In this document: positions 11,698-22,394 of the stretch, piece after piece
Numbering within the stretch: the first letter of the stretch is position 1
Layout: each line of letters begins with the position of its first letter
Assembly: GCA_010015585.1 (NCBI GenBank)
Contig: ML975173.1
DNA from: Eremomyces bilateralis CBS 781.70
Taxonomy: Eukaryota
Strand: one strand, 5' to 3'
Length of the DNA stretch: 41,964 nucleotides
Made by a program: the position numbers and the translations under genes
The notes under the pieces: generated by a model
Seen by the model: only the letters and a program-made list of their open reading frames with translations
Databases searched by the model: none
What the model was told of the DNA's origin: nothing

Positions 11698-14434
11698 CTA
11701 CCCCTTCAAACCCCCTTCCCCCCCCTTCACCAACCGAAACACAAACCCCACCGCCATCGCCCCCAACACCCCCCCACACAACACCGTCGGCCCCCACTTC
11801 TCATAATACACCCTCCTCCCCACCCTCCGCGCCCGAATCGCATCAACACGCATGTAGTACAGCACCGCACTGTAGATCAGCGCCACCAGCGCGACGACGG
11901 TGAAGGCGATCGACGCGGCGAGGGTTAGTCGGTCGCCGAAGTTCAGCAGCGCGGCGGCGATGGAGCCGAGAAGGATGCTGAATTCGAGCCAGGAGAGGAA
12001 GGTGCGCTCGTTGGCGAGGTGGACTTTGGGTTCGACGCGGATGGGGACGTGGATGCCTGAGGGACGTTAGTGTAACTGCAGTTGGATCGACGGTGTCCCC
12101 GACGATAAAAAGACGTAGGGATGGTACTCACGCTTCCCTGGCGGCGCCTGAAACCGCTTCATCTCCCCCGCCACATGCGGCACCCCCAACTCCCGCCCCC
12201 CCGTCGGAATCTCCGTCCCGGGCGTGAACATCCCGCGCGCCACCACCTGCGACACCCGCTTCGCCGCCCGCGATACTTCCCATCGCGTCGCCAGCAGCGC
12301 GTATTTCGCTTTTCTCCCTTTCTTCCGCGCCTGCTCTAGCTCGTACTGTCGCTCTGCTTCTGGGTCGGACTCGTAGACGTAGTCCTCATCGATGGGCGAC
12401 GCGGCGACCCGCTCTTCTTCGTCGAGGGTGTTGGGGTCGTGGGTAGCGTGTGGCTCGTCTGCGTGTTCACGGCCGTCGGGGCGGGGTTGAGCTTCGTCGT
12501 CGTCGTCCCTGTCGTCGTCGATGTCTTCATTACTGGCATCTTGAACCCGCTCGTGCGCCCGCAGCATACGTCGCGCGTCATGGAGACGGCGTTGATTCAC
12601 GTCCCCACCCTCCGGATCGGTGTTGTCGACCTTTGGCAGGTCCTCATCATCCGAGTCGTCGAACGTGTCGGATGTCGACATATCCGTAACCTGGCCCGGC
12701 CGCTCGATCCCGAAGTTCCGCGACACGGGTTTGAGGATATCGACGTCCATCTGCGGCATCCAGAAGGGCAGGAGCGCGATCCGCTCCGGCTGCAACGCGG
12801 CGGTGCCGTGGATGAACTTGGAGAACTTGGGGACCGCCTCAACGAGGTGGCTGGCGGTCAGTTCGCGGATCCACTCCGGGGGGAGCTGGCCCGCAGCGGT
12901 TTGCAGTTTGACTTCGAGGATGGCGTACGGGAAGCGTTCGATGTCGGAGGGGGGAAGTTGGCGGAAGGGATGATCTATGCCGATGTCTGTCCGGCGCCAG
13001 TTGGTGCCGGCGCGCTGGCGGTCGTCGAGGTTGTCTTCGCGGATCATGCTTAGATCGATGTCCAGGCTGATGCGTACTCGGGCGTCGCCAGGGAGCTGGA
13101 ACGCCGTGCGGCTGTAGTACGAGCGGGTGACGGGGACGAGGCTACGGGTCAGCACGCGGTACTGGATCTCCCGCGCCAGCTGCTCGAGGTCGTTGATCTC
13201 CTTCTCCGGCTTCTTCCCCTCGCGACGCATCTTCTCGAAGATCTTGTCGACGGTGAGGCGGCCGGCGAGGTAGTCGTTGACTTTGTTCTCTTTGAGGGGG
13301 AACCGGGCTTTCACGCTCTTTTCGCCGGTCCAGTCCTCGCGATGCGTCTTGCGTTCGACGAAGATGGTCTCTGCCTCCATACCGCCGTACCACCGGAGGC
13401 GGATGGCTTCGGCGCCTTCGGTCTTCTGGAGACGGCCTTCATAGAGTTCCCAGGTGTCGGTGTTATCGTAGTAGATGGAGGAGATGGCGGAGTCTTTTTT
13501 CTCGAATTCTTTGGAAGGGTTAAAGACGAGGACGGGGAGATGCTGATTGACTGTTATTGACTGCTCGTTGTAGAATATCCAACCATCCTTCACGTACCTT
13601 GAGAATCACGAGCTTCAGTTCGGTGATATTGTCGGGATGCACCCAGTATTTGGTGGTATTTCTGATGAAATTTTGCTGCTTGCCCCCTGCGCCCGCGTCG
13701 CCTTTAGTTGGACTACCCCGTGTTCTCACCAAGTCGTATAGCCTCGATACTTTGATGATGAAGGCATCGTAGTTGTCCCTGTAGAATGGCTTGGCCTTTA
13801 ACCGAACCGCGAAGACGGGTCTGAGATGCCACTTCGTTTGTTTCTGTCTCCATGTCAACACGTATTCCGACAGGCTTTGCCTCAAATGCTTACATCGTGC
13901 TTCTTGATGATCTTCTGAAATCCGGTATAGTTCAACCTCGTGAAACTGGCCAGATCATGCACATCCGCAATGATATCGCTGACATCCTCCTCCAACAGCA
14001 TGAAATCCTCTTCCAAGGCTTCATCAGCCTGCTCCTGCCCCTGCTCCTCCCTCAGCTGGGTGGCATGCGTGACCACCTCCCCGACTTCTTTCTCGCTGGC
14101 CTGGATACGTCGAACGATCTCCTCGCTCTTGACCTTCTGGAAAGTATAGACCTTATCCAACTCCTGCTCCAGCAGTTTCACGAACCGCTGCTCGTCTTTC
14201 TCGGTCCACGGTCGGCGCTTCGGGTCAGGGTTGTCCGAGGTAGGAGGGGTTTCGAAGACGGTCTTGAGGCCATCTTTGAGGTCGTCGTAGCTGATATAAT
14301 GGTAGTACCAGTCCCGGATTAGCGAGGAGCGGAGTTGCTCTCCGAACCTGGGGAGCGTCAGTGGCTGTACAGGATAGTTATGATAGACGTGAACGGGTCA
14401 TGGTTCCCAATCCCCAGTTGGAATCGTACTTCAT
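11698..14434 (-). CDS. VTC4: Vacuolar transporter chaperone 4 (polyphosphate polymerase; SPX + VTC + DUF202)
   Basis: Exons 14434-14430, 14347-13894, 13843-13598, 13542-12132, 12056-11698. MKFGEQL...YISYDDLK and [15 protein letters not shown] (SPX); [36 protein letters not shown] (VTC); [10 protein letters not shown] followed by TM helices. Confidence 0.95.
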
Positions 14435-14774
14435 AGTGCCAGTGTTGAGCTCATATGCATGCCCCACGGCGTCAATTGATCGAATTCGGCGTCAGTTGAG
14501 CCGATGATATGAATATGTACGGCATCCGATGAGCATCCGAGTCAACCAAGACGAGGGGCATATGGCAATGGCAGAGACGAGGACAGGGTTTTGTACTACG
14601 GTGCCTCGAGCAGGAGCTTGAACAATGAACGTCAATCGAAGCAAATGATTCTGTTGCTTAAAGCAATAAGGCTGGGCTCAGGCTAGGGTCTCTTTGGTGC
14701 AGGGGCCGCCAACTGCAGGTGTGTTGATCGCTGCGTCATCCAGTAGACTGCCCATTCAGAAGCCAAAGAGCCCC

Positions 14775-14780
14775 CACGTG
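14775..14780. promoter_or_regulatory. Candidate PHO-regulon bHLH site (CACGTG) upstream of VTC4
   Basis: CACGTG about 340 bp upstream of the VTC4 ATG. VTC genes are Pho4 targets in yeast. A 6-mer can occur by chance. Confidence 0.4.
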
Positions 14781-15333
14781 TTAGAACCCCCTGTTCTTAA
14801 ATCTCGACCGCATCCTTTCTTAAGTCTTCCACTTCACCAATATCAGATTGCTTTAATTATCATCACCCTGAGGCCTGAAGTCATCGATTGAGTCTTTGGG
14901 ATACTTAATACTCGAAAGTCGAATATCGTGTATACCTCATTTATACCTGTACCATGATGTGGCTGGCTATGATGCACATGTGTATGGTGACCTGTTGCAC
15001 AAAAACCAATGTAACAATGCTAACTAACGTGATACACCGACGAAGTCTATTGCAATCCTGTTCCGTATCTAACCAACTTAGTACCTATAGTGAGTGTATC
15101 AGTGACAACGAGGATTGCCGTCGAATGTCTTGGTGGCAATGTTGGCTAATCCGTCATCCTTTATGACTGTTCTATATTTCTCTACTTTTATCGAATGTTA
15201 GTTAATAATGCTCTCACCTTTATATCTCTCAACCGCCCCGTACCAGACATGGTTCCTTCTTCTCCAAGCCTCTCCTACGCGTTTCAAAAATCGAATAATC
15301 TAGTCCACCCAAGAGCATCCTTCAATAATTATC

Positions 15334-15912
15334 ATGGCGCCCCCTCAGTCCGACCCCCCCCCTACCGCCCCCTCCAGCGCTCCCATCCCCGCAATCGCCC
15401 CCTCCACCGCGCTGCCAAGCCCCTTCCCCCTAAAAGACGACATGGAATCCGCCGTCGCCAACCTCGGCGCCCTCCTCTTCCACCAAGGCTGGCGCAACTT
15501 CACCGACATCATGCTCCACATCGGGTTCGCCGTCGGCACCTCCAGCTTCCCCGAACTGATCTCCTGGCGCAAGGTCGCGTTGCGGAAGCTCACCTCCGAG
15601 GAACGCAGGCAGTTGCGGGCGGTGGCGGTGGAGTGGGACGAGGCGCCAGTGAATGTGGAGGAGTTTTTGAGGACGAGGAGGGGGTTGGGGGTGGTGGATA
15701 TGGGGGCGTATCGGACGAAGAGGGTGGAGGGGCTCACGGCGAAGACTAACAATGGTAAGGGGAAGGCCAAGGATGTTTCAGCAGAGGCTGTGGAGGGGGA
15801 GAGCAAAGGTAAGGGAAAGGACAACGCGAAGGCAGAGGATGTTCCAGCAGAGGATGTTCCAGCAGAGGCTGTGCAGGAGAGGAGCGAAGGTAAAGGAAAG
15901 GAGAAAGCGTAG
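15334..15912 (+). CDS. Hypothetical 192-aa protein with a repetitive K/G/E-rich C-terminus
   Basis: Intact ORF with good start context (ATCATGG), biased codon usage and the C-to-G skew seen in neighbouring genes. No recognised domain. Confidence 0.6.
   Translation: MAPPQSDPPPTAPSSAPIPAIAPSTALPSPFPLKDDMESAVANLGALLFHQGWRNFTDIMLHIGFAVGTSSFPELISWRKVALRKLTSEERRQLRAVAVEWDEAPVNVEEFLRTRRGLGVVDMGAYRTKRVEGLTAKTNNGKGKAKDVSAEAVEGESKGKGKDNAKAEDVPAEDVPAEAVQERSEGKGKEKA
15753..15909 (+). repeat. Internal coding repeats (GKGK...DV.AEAV units; 15-bp GCAGAGGATGTTCCA duplication)
   Basis: Three GGTAARGGRAAG-initiated units plus a tandem 15-mer encoding AEDVP. Confidence 0.75.
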
Positions 15913-16586
15913 TAGGCAAGGATCATTAGGACCATCCTTGCTATAGCCTCACTAAATTCCAAGCACACAGTACCATGCCGCTCCTCTTCGCTTGACCTGT
16001 TCTGGCGTAAGATGTGGCCCTTCCTCTCCCACTCTTCTGCGTGACATCCCGCTCGCTAACACTGTCATCAAACAGAGCATATAGGTACCATAGCTAAACA
16101 CCATACCCCTTACTTCCATGGTCCAAGACCTTCGAAGTTTGGAAGCCATCCTGGCTCCGGTCCCAAGACACCGCATCGAGTCGTACCTGTAGGAAAGGAA
16201 AGTTCCGTTCAGCTGAATGATATGTTGATGGCATGTACTCAGGCCGTTTTAGCTGTCAAAGCAAAGAATTATCTTTATCATCTCTTCTCACCTTATATTG
16301 CTGAATTGACTGTAATTACCGGATACGATTTGGTTGTTGGTTGCCTTAGAGAAGATCGTGAGGCAACAAGGCTACTACAGCCCCACCACCGTCGCGACAT
16401 GGCCGGGACGTCCTGCATTGCGCTTCATGTCGACGATACTGATGCTTCCCCAGAAACCCCTCGACACGGCCCCATCCACCAACAGCTCTGGGACTGGTTT
16501 CGCGATCGCCTCGGCAAGCAATTCGGCACCAAGAGATACTACGCCTCCCTACTTCGCGAGGCCGAGCTCACCCCGCGCCCGCCACG

Positions 16587-17008
16587 ATGATGATCAAGTG
16601 AGTTGGACTGCGAGTCCCCGATGGTTGCTCACGACGCTGACGAGGACGGTCTAGAGTGAGAACCCTGACGGGGAAGGAGATCGAGTTGGATATCGAGCCG
16701 GACTACAAGGTACTCGACCCCCCTCGCTCCCCTCCTCCATCGACTAACCCCGATCACAGGTCTCCCGCATCAAGGAGCGCGTCGAAGAGAAAGAAGGCAT
16801 CCCGCCCGTCCAACAACGCCTGATCTTTGGCGGCAAGCAAATGTACGCCGCCATTACCATTTCCTGTTGTCTACGTTACCTACCGACACCCGACTGACCG
16901 ATCAACAGGAACGATGACAAGTCCGCCTCCGACTACAACCTCGAAGGCGGGAACACGCTGCATTTGGTCCTCGCGCTCCGCGGTGGCGTGCTCGCACTCG
17001 GCACATGA
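16587..17008 (+). CDS. RUB1: Ubiquitin-like protein NEDD8/Rub1
   Basis: Exons 16587-16597, 16655-16709, 16760-16842, 16909-17008. Product [76 protein letters not shown] plus a VLALGT pro-tail. Confidence 0.97.
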
Positions 17009-17549
17009 GCGACCCTGCGAAGGAAAGGCGCCGGCACTTATCTTTGACGTCGCGCCGACACGCACTCGATCAAATGCATTCGTTTCGGAGTTCGGAACCG
17101 TGGTGGGGACGCGTGGATATGGACTTTCAATGAAGTGATGACGGGGGACGTCCGATGGGCAGACATGGCCCTGGGATTCAGGAGACGTTCGTTCATGTAC
17201 GGGGGAACGGGGAGCTATCAGTAGGAGAGCTGGGGATTTCACGAAAAGTTCAAAGGCTTGACTCGTCCTGGTGGTGAAACTAAAGAACGCCGCTTAAATT
17301 GTGTGTGATATATCCTCCGCAAAACACCGAGCGCTATGCAAAGGATGGACATGAATACCTCCCATGATCGATGAAACTCCTTAATTACAGCGATGTCCCG
17401 CTGGTACTCTTGTAGACCTTCTCGATGCTTCGTGCGGCATGGTTTCAGTCTCCCATCACTGCCATATCAAACCCACCAGCACCTCATAACCCCAGCCATC
17501 AAATAATCAACCCCCCCGTCTCTAACCTTCTCCAACCCATATCACCCAT

Positions 17550-18805
17550 CTACCGCGTACGCTTATTCGGCATCAAAATCGTATTCCTCTTCCGCTTCCT
17601 CGCCAACGGCGCCTGCGGCGACCCGACCGGACTCCCATCCTTCCTCCTCTCCACCCGGTTCGGACTTGTCGTCCTCGTGCTCCCCCCTGCAACTACCCGC
17701 TCCGTCTCCTCCTTCTTCGCTGCGTGTTCCGCATCCATCTTCCGCGATCCCCACGTCTTTGGCGTGGCAGGCGCTGGCGGGTCGCGTTCGAGTTGCTTTT
17801 CGGGGACGGCGGTGGGCGCTACGCCGGGTCGAGGCGCGGGCCGAACAGGATGAGTCGGCCGGCGTCCGAGGGGCCCGATCAGGCGACTATTGCGGGGTGG
17901 GGCGAGCGTCGCGGCCGTGGCAATCGGAGCAGCAATCGCGGGCTGCGTCGGGCGTCGCTGGATGCGCGCCGGTGGAAGCATGCTCTTCGGCGCCTTGGAC
18001 ACACCGAAGCCTTTGGTCGGGATGGTGGGGCGGCCCATGCGCAAGACGTCGCGGCGCTGGGGACCTTGCTTCATGATGGCGGCCATGGCGGAGGGTTTGG
18101 GCGGGGGGCCGCCGAAACGTCGAGATCTTCCGGGCTTGACGGGGGCGCGGTCGGTGACCATGAGCTTGGCTTGTTCTTGGCGGGAGGCATCGACGGAGCT
18201 GAAGAGGGACTTGAGGTCGGCTTCGGCTTCTTTGATGTGCTGGTCTTGGATGCGGCGGTAGTTCTAGATTGAGGGTGAGTTTGAGCGGGGGAAATGTGGC
18301 CAAGCGCTATAGGAACAAGATCCCAGAGAAGGTAGAAGCGGGAGAGTGTAATACAAGGGGATACGTACATAGTAGACCTTCGACCAGGACTTGGGATTGT
18401 CGGGAATGGGAGGGAACTCGAGGGTCCTGGAGTTCGAGAACTCTTTCTCGATGAGCTTGAGCCAGAGATCGCCAGTATGTCCTTTGAGCTGCGGGCAGTG
18501 GTCTTCGAGGTGTTTCTGTTTCTGTCAGTCGGGATCTGGGTCTCCAGTTATTGAGATGCGTACGAGCTGATCGGCTTCCGTGATCTTCACGAGGACCGGC
18601 TTGATGGTCTCGAAAGGAACGTCGCCCACGTCATAGATTTCTACAATGATTAACATCAGGATCAGGAACTCTTGTGGACTAAAATACCATGGACGTGCTT
18701 CATCAGGAAACGGAGTGACATGCTGTAAAGCGAATGGGGTGCCCGCATCCCAGTCTTGGCCACAGCAGCGGAAGAGGTTGAAGCGGAAGCTTGAATGTTT
18801 GCCAT
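17550..18805 (-). CDS. ELA1: Elongin A-like protein (RNA Pol II transcription factor SIII subunit A)
   Basis: Exons 18805-18688, 18640-18564, 18515-18369, 18263-17550. BC-box-like HSLYSMSL, IYDVGDVPFETIKPVL, QLKHLEDHCPQL, LWLKLIEKEF, PKSWSKVY, then a basic disordered tail. Confidence 0.82.
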
Positions 18806-19430
18806 GGCGGAATAGAAATCGTATATAATACTAGTAATGCTAAGTAGGCAGCTTGCCAATGTTGAAATCCGAAAGAAAGAAAAGGCGCTTGGTGTCAAAG
18901 ACGCATCCGAGAAGTTATAGAGGAGGCAGAAGAAGGAAGTAATGGTTCTTTATTGCAGAACAAGAATGTCACGAGTGAATTACAAGCCATTGTGAATGGC
19001 CTATTCCATTGAACCATTCAGGTCAACAATAGGATTATTTACCAAGCTGGAAGATCCTATTGAAGGTGACATTAATTGACGGTTTGGGGCATGTGGTATG
19101 TGAAGGTGAGAGTGAATGAAGACGGAGGTCCATCACCAGACCTGACTCAAGTCCAGACTCCAGTCCCCACACTTACTCAACCACATCCCGGATGCCCACA
19201 GCGCCACAGCACGTGCCCACAAGTTGTGGCTCAGATGTTCACTTGTTCAGTCTTCAGTGTCTTTTCACGTGATATCAACTCCGAGTCGTGAGTTTGGACT
19301 GGAGTTTCAAGTTCGCGGCGTCGAGTTTCACTATCAATTCTTTTTCCATAGCACGTCGATATTTCCACCAATATAAAACCAAATTTGTACCTCGGTTGGA
19401 AGTGCCACCACATTGGAAATCGGATTCGCC

Positions 19431-20576
19431 ATGGACGTCCCAAGCTATGGCCTGTTGGACCAGGCGGAAGAAGGTTCGTCATCCGCGTCGCATTGCCTCG
19501 AACCATTGACTAAGTCGTTCCATCCAGATGCCCTTCATAAAGATCGTCTGCTCCCGATCGAACAAAGACCCTTCCAACGCATTACCAAACGACTTCTCGC
19601 CGCCGATTCCCCCATCCGCTCACACCCCAAGCAACTCCCCACTCCTCCTCCCGACTCCACCGTTATCGACGAAGCCGCCGCCGCCGCCGAAGCCCTTAAG
19701 CAACAGGAATCCGAAGAACGGCGACAATGGCGAGACGAAATGCACCTCGACTTCGAGGCGCTCGAAGACAACATGGTCCGCATGCAACTTTTGCGAACCA
19801 GCAACTCGCGCGAACGCGAGCGGTACGCCACTGAGAAGCTCAAGATCCTCGACACCGCGCAAGCCGTGCGAGAGAACACCGCAGACCTACGCAACCAGCT
19901 CGACGAGGCGCGCAAGACGCTAGCCCTCCGCAAAGAATACGACGCGCTCACGGAGAAGATCCACACGAACCGGATGCTGCGGCCGCGCGACGACCAGCAG
20001 GCGCAGCTCGCGAAGCTGCGGGCTGAGATCGGCGAGCTGCGAGGGGAGAGCGCGGAGTACGCGCGCACGTGGACGGAGCGGCGGGCGCAGTTCATGCGGA
20101 TCGTGGGAGAGGGGAAGACGATGTTGGGGTTGATTCGGGATGAGAAGGAGGAGGCGGAGCGGAAGGAAGGAATGATGGGGGGGGAAGAGGAGGAGGGGGA
20201 GGGGGAGGGGGAGGGCTCGCAGGGGAGTCGGAGTCGGGCGGGGACGCCGAGGGCGGAGGGGACGCCGTTGCATGGGGGAATCGCGGAGGGGGAGGGGGGG
20301 TTGAAGCCGCCGCCGTCGCATTTGAGGGTGGCGATGAGGAGAGGGAGGACGGGGTCGCTGAGTAGAAGTCGAGGCGGATCACCGAGCCCCGGGAGGAGTA
20401 GAGGGACACCGGGGCGGGATGAGTCCCCGAGCGAGGAAGGTGAGGAGAAGGACGTGGAGATGGGTGATGCGGGCACGGCGGATAGCTCGGAGATGGAGGA
20501 GGGGGAGGAGGAGGAGAAGGAGGAGGAGGAGGAGGAGGAGGAAGAGGGTGAGATGGCTGAGAAGATGGAGATGTAG
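19431..20576 (+). CDS. THOC7: THO complex subunit 7-like protein
   Basis: Exons 19431-19473 and 19528-20576. EEDALHKDRLLPIEQRPFQRITKRLL, ERERYATEKLKI, RKEYDAL coiled coil, long acidic/RS-like tail. Confidence 0.82.
   Translation: MDVPSYGLLDQAEEGSSSASHCLEPLTKSFHPDALHKDRLLPIEQRPFQRITKRLLAADSPIRSHPKQLPTPPPDSTVIDEAAAAAEALKQQESEERRQWRDEMHLDFEALEDNMVRMQLLRTSNSRERERYATEKLKILDTAQAVRENTADLRNQLDEARKTLALRKEYDALTEKIHTNRMLRPRDDQQAQLAKLRAEIGELRGESAEYARTWTERRAQFMRIVGEGKTMLGLIRDEKEEAERKEGMMGGEEEEGEGEGEGSQGSRSRAGTPRAEGTPLHGGIAEGEGGLKPPPSHLRVAMRRGRTGSLSRSRGGSPSPGRSRGTPGRDESPSEEGEEKDVEMGDAGTADSSEMEEGEEEEKEEEEEEEEEGEMAEKMEM
20496..20546 (+). repeat. (GAG)n-rich microsatellite encoding poly-Glu in THOC7
   Basis: Imperfect GAG run giving EEGEEEEKEEEEEEEEE. 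Confidence 0.85.
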
Positions 20577-20772
20577 AAGGCTTCAGCTTTCAACGGATGC
20601 ATATCACGGCGTTGGTGGAGCGTTAGTCCATGCTACTGCGGACTCGGGCGTTTGAAACCTGGTTTGAATAGATACCACCTGTCGGCTTTTAATCAAGTGG
20701 GATCATGGATATCATTTGCAATCTTCTATACTGAAAAGCGTGCCCGTCGATCCGCACGCATGTTCTTCCCTC

Positions 20773-21200
20773 TCACGCAATGCTCTTCAACAACTCATCT
20801 GCCCTCGCAACGTCAGCCGCCGGGCAGTCCGCCCTGTTGGCCTCCTATATCCAGTCAGCAAAATTCCCGAGATTCGTCCACCAGCGATAACCTACCAGCT
20901 GCTCTTTCAGCTGAGCCACCGCTCCCTTCAACCGCTCCTGCACGGACGGTAGAACCTTCTTCGTCTCCTCAAGCGCTTGACGCTAGACTCACGTCAGTCA
21001 CCACGGCAGACCCATCGAACGGCCATGCAACGCACCTCTTGTCGGAGTTGGAAATCTGCATTTTCATCCGTGCTCTCGGCGGCCTGGAGTTTCGCGATGC
21101 GGGCTGCTTGCTGCTCCAGTTCGACGTGGTAGCTCTTCTCTTCTTTGGCGAGGCGTTGGACGGAGGAGATTGCGACGGCGAGTTTGGAAGGTGGAGCCAT
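20773..21200 (-). CDS. RBL2: Tubulin-specific chaperone A (cofactor A)
   Basis: Exons 21200-21036, 20982-20896, 20844-20773. MAPPSKLAVAISSVQRLAKEEKSYHVEL...QLRQERQALEETKKVLPSVQERL. Confidence 0.9.
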
Positions 21201-22151
21201 TTTGTCGATCGGTGATGCTCCTTTCTTAGAATAAATTTTGTCGCGGTGTCTTTTTTTCTGGGACTTTATAAACTGGAGGGAATTAGAATAGTTCGTTATT
21301 ATCGAAATTGTTGTTCTTGGACTCCGCAGTTGAATAGTTGGGCGATATCACTGGAACGGGAAATGTCAGGGAGGAGACGTCATTGGCTAGGACGAAATTA
21401 TTAGTGCCTATGGAATTTCATCATCATATCGACCTGGGAATTCGAGGTAATACTCAATCAATTGCATTCTACATACACTAATGTATCTATGGTACTTACA
21501 GGTATATACTCCGTAGAGTGCACAGGATAAACTCTAAGTACAGACACAGTAACAAATACTGCAGCGTCGGACACAGCGCGGCCATCGAGCACTCTACTCC
21601 ATCCTTTTCTTTATCTATTCATAGCCCAGCTAACACGCCATCATGATTTCTTATCGATTAACATCGCTCGGACGTTTGAGTGCTAGTAGTAAAAGGACAC
21701 CGCAGCGTGGCCGTTGATGGGTAGCCGTTGATGGGTACGAGACTGGTGCCCGCCGAAGGACCTTTGGTGGCTGCTGTAGGTGCAACCTGCGATTGAAATG
21801 TATCTGGATCCTCTAGCACTGTAGAACGAGTAAATTGGACTATGAGACGACAAAGGGGCCCCGTTGGATTCGTAATGGGCGTACATGAGTTCGACAGGTG
21901 ATGATGAGAAGTCATGGTGACAAGACTCGATCGTCTGAACGGCCCCGCCATGGCATCAAAGCCCCCCTAACATCGAATGCAGAGCTTCGTTAACTGATGG
22001 TGAATATCGCTACATAGGGATACTCCTGAGTGTAACTTGTAACTTGCTTCGTGGACTGGAGACGCTTGGAAAACCAAAAGGAAGTGCAGTCTGCACTTCT
22101 GTCACCTGCACCTACGATTCGCTTGGAGGGGGAGTTCCGGTTGTCCAATCA

Positions 22152-22157
22152 ACGCGT
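22152..22157. promoter_or_regulatory. MCB (MluI cell-cycle box, ACGCGT) upstream of MCM4
   Basis: Exact ACGCGT about 240 bp upstream of the MCM4 ATG, with a near-match GCGCGT at about 22193. Typical of G1/S replication genes. Confidence 0.55.
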
Positions 22158-22394
22158 CGAGGGGCTAACACGTCTACCACAACAAGAGTAAGGCGCGTCT
22201 CATCCACGTCGCTGCCGAAATGGGCTAAATGGATTTTGGCTGTGTGTCACGACAGGATTGTCAACCTCCTCTGTCAACCTCCGCGCAGCCTCGATACCCC
22301 TTCACTCCCTCCGTAGGTCCTGGTATTCCCAATACCTTCACCTCCACATTCGCCATCGATAGCAGATGCTTGTTTCCGTTCAAGTACTGCCATC

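Noticed and set aside
19535..20602. Long antisense ORFs (also 10158-11093, 3639-4349, 23489-24319, 15345-15968, 12439-13053)
   Set aside because: Shadow ORFs opposite GC-rich, codon-biased real genes, with low-complexity translations.
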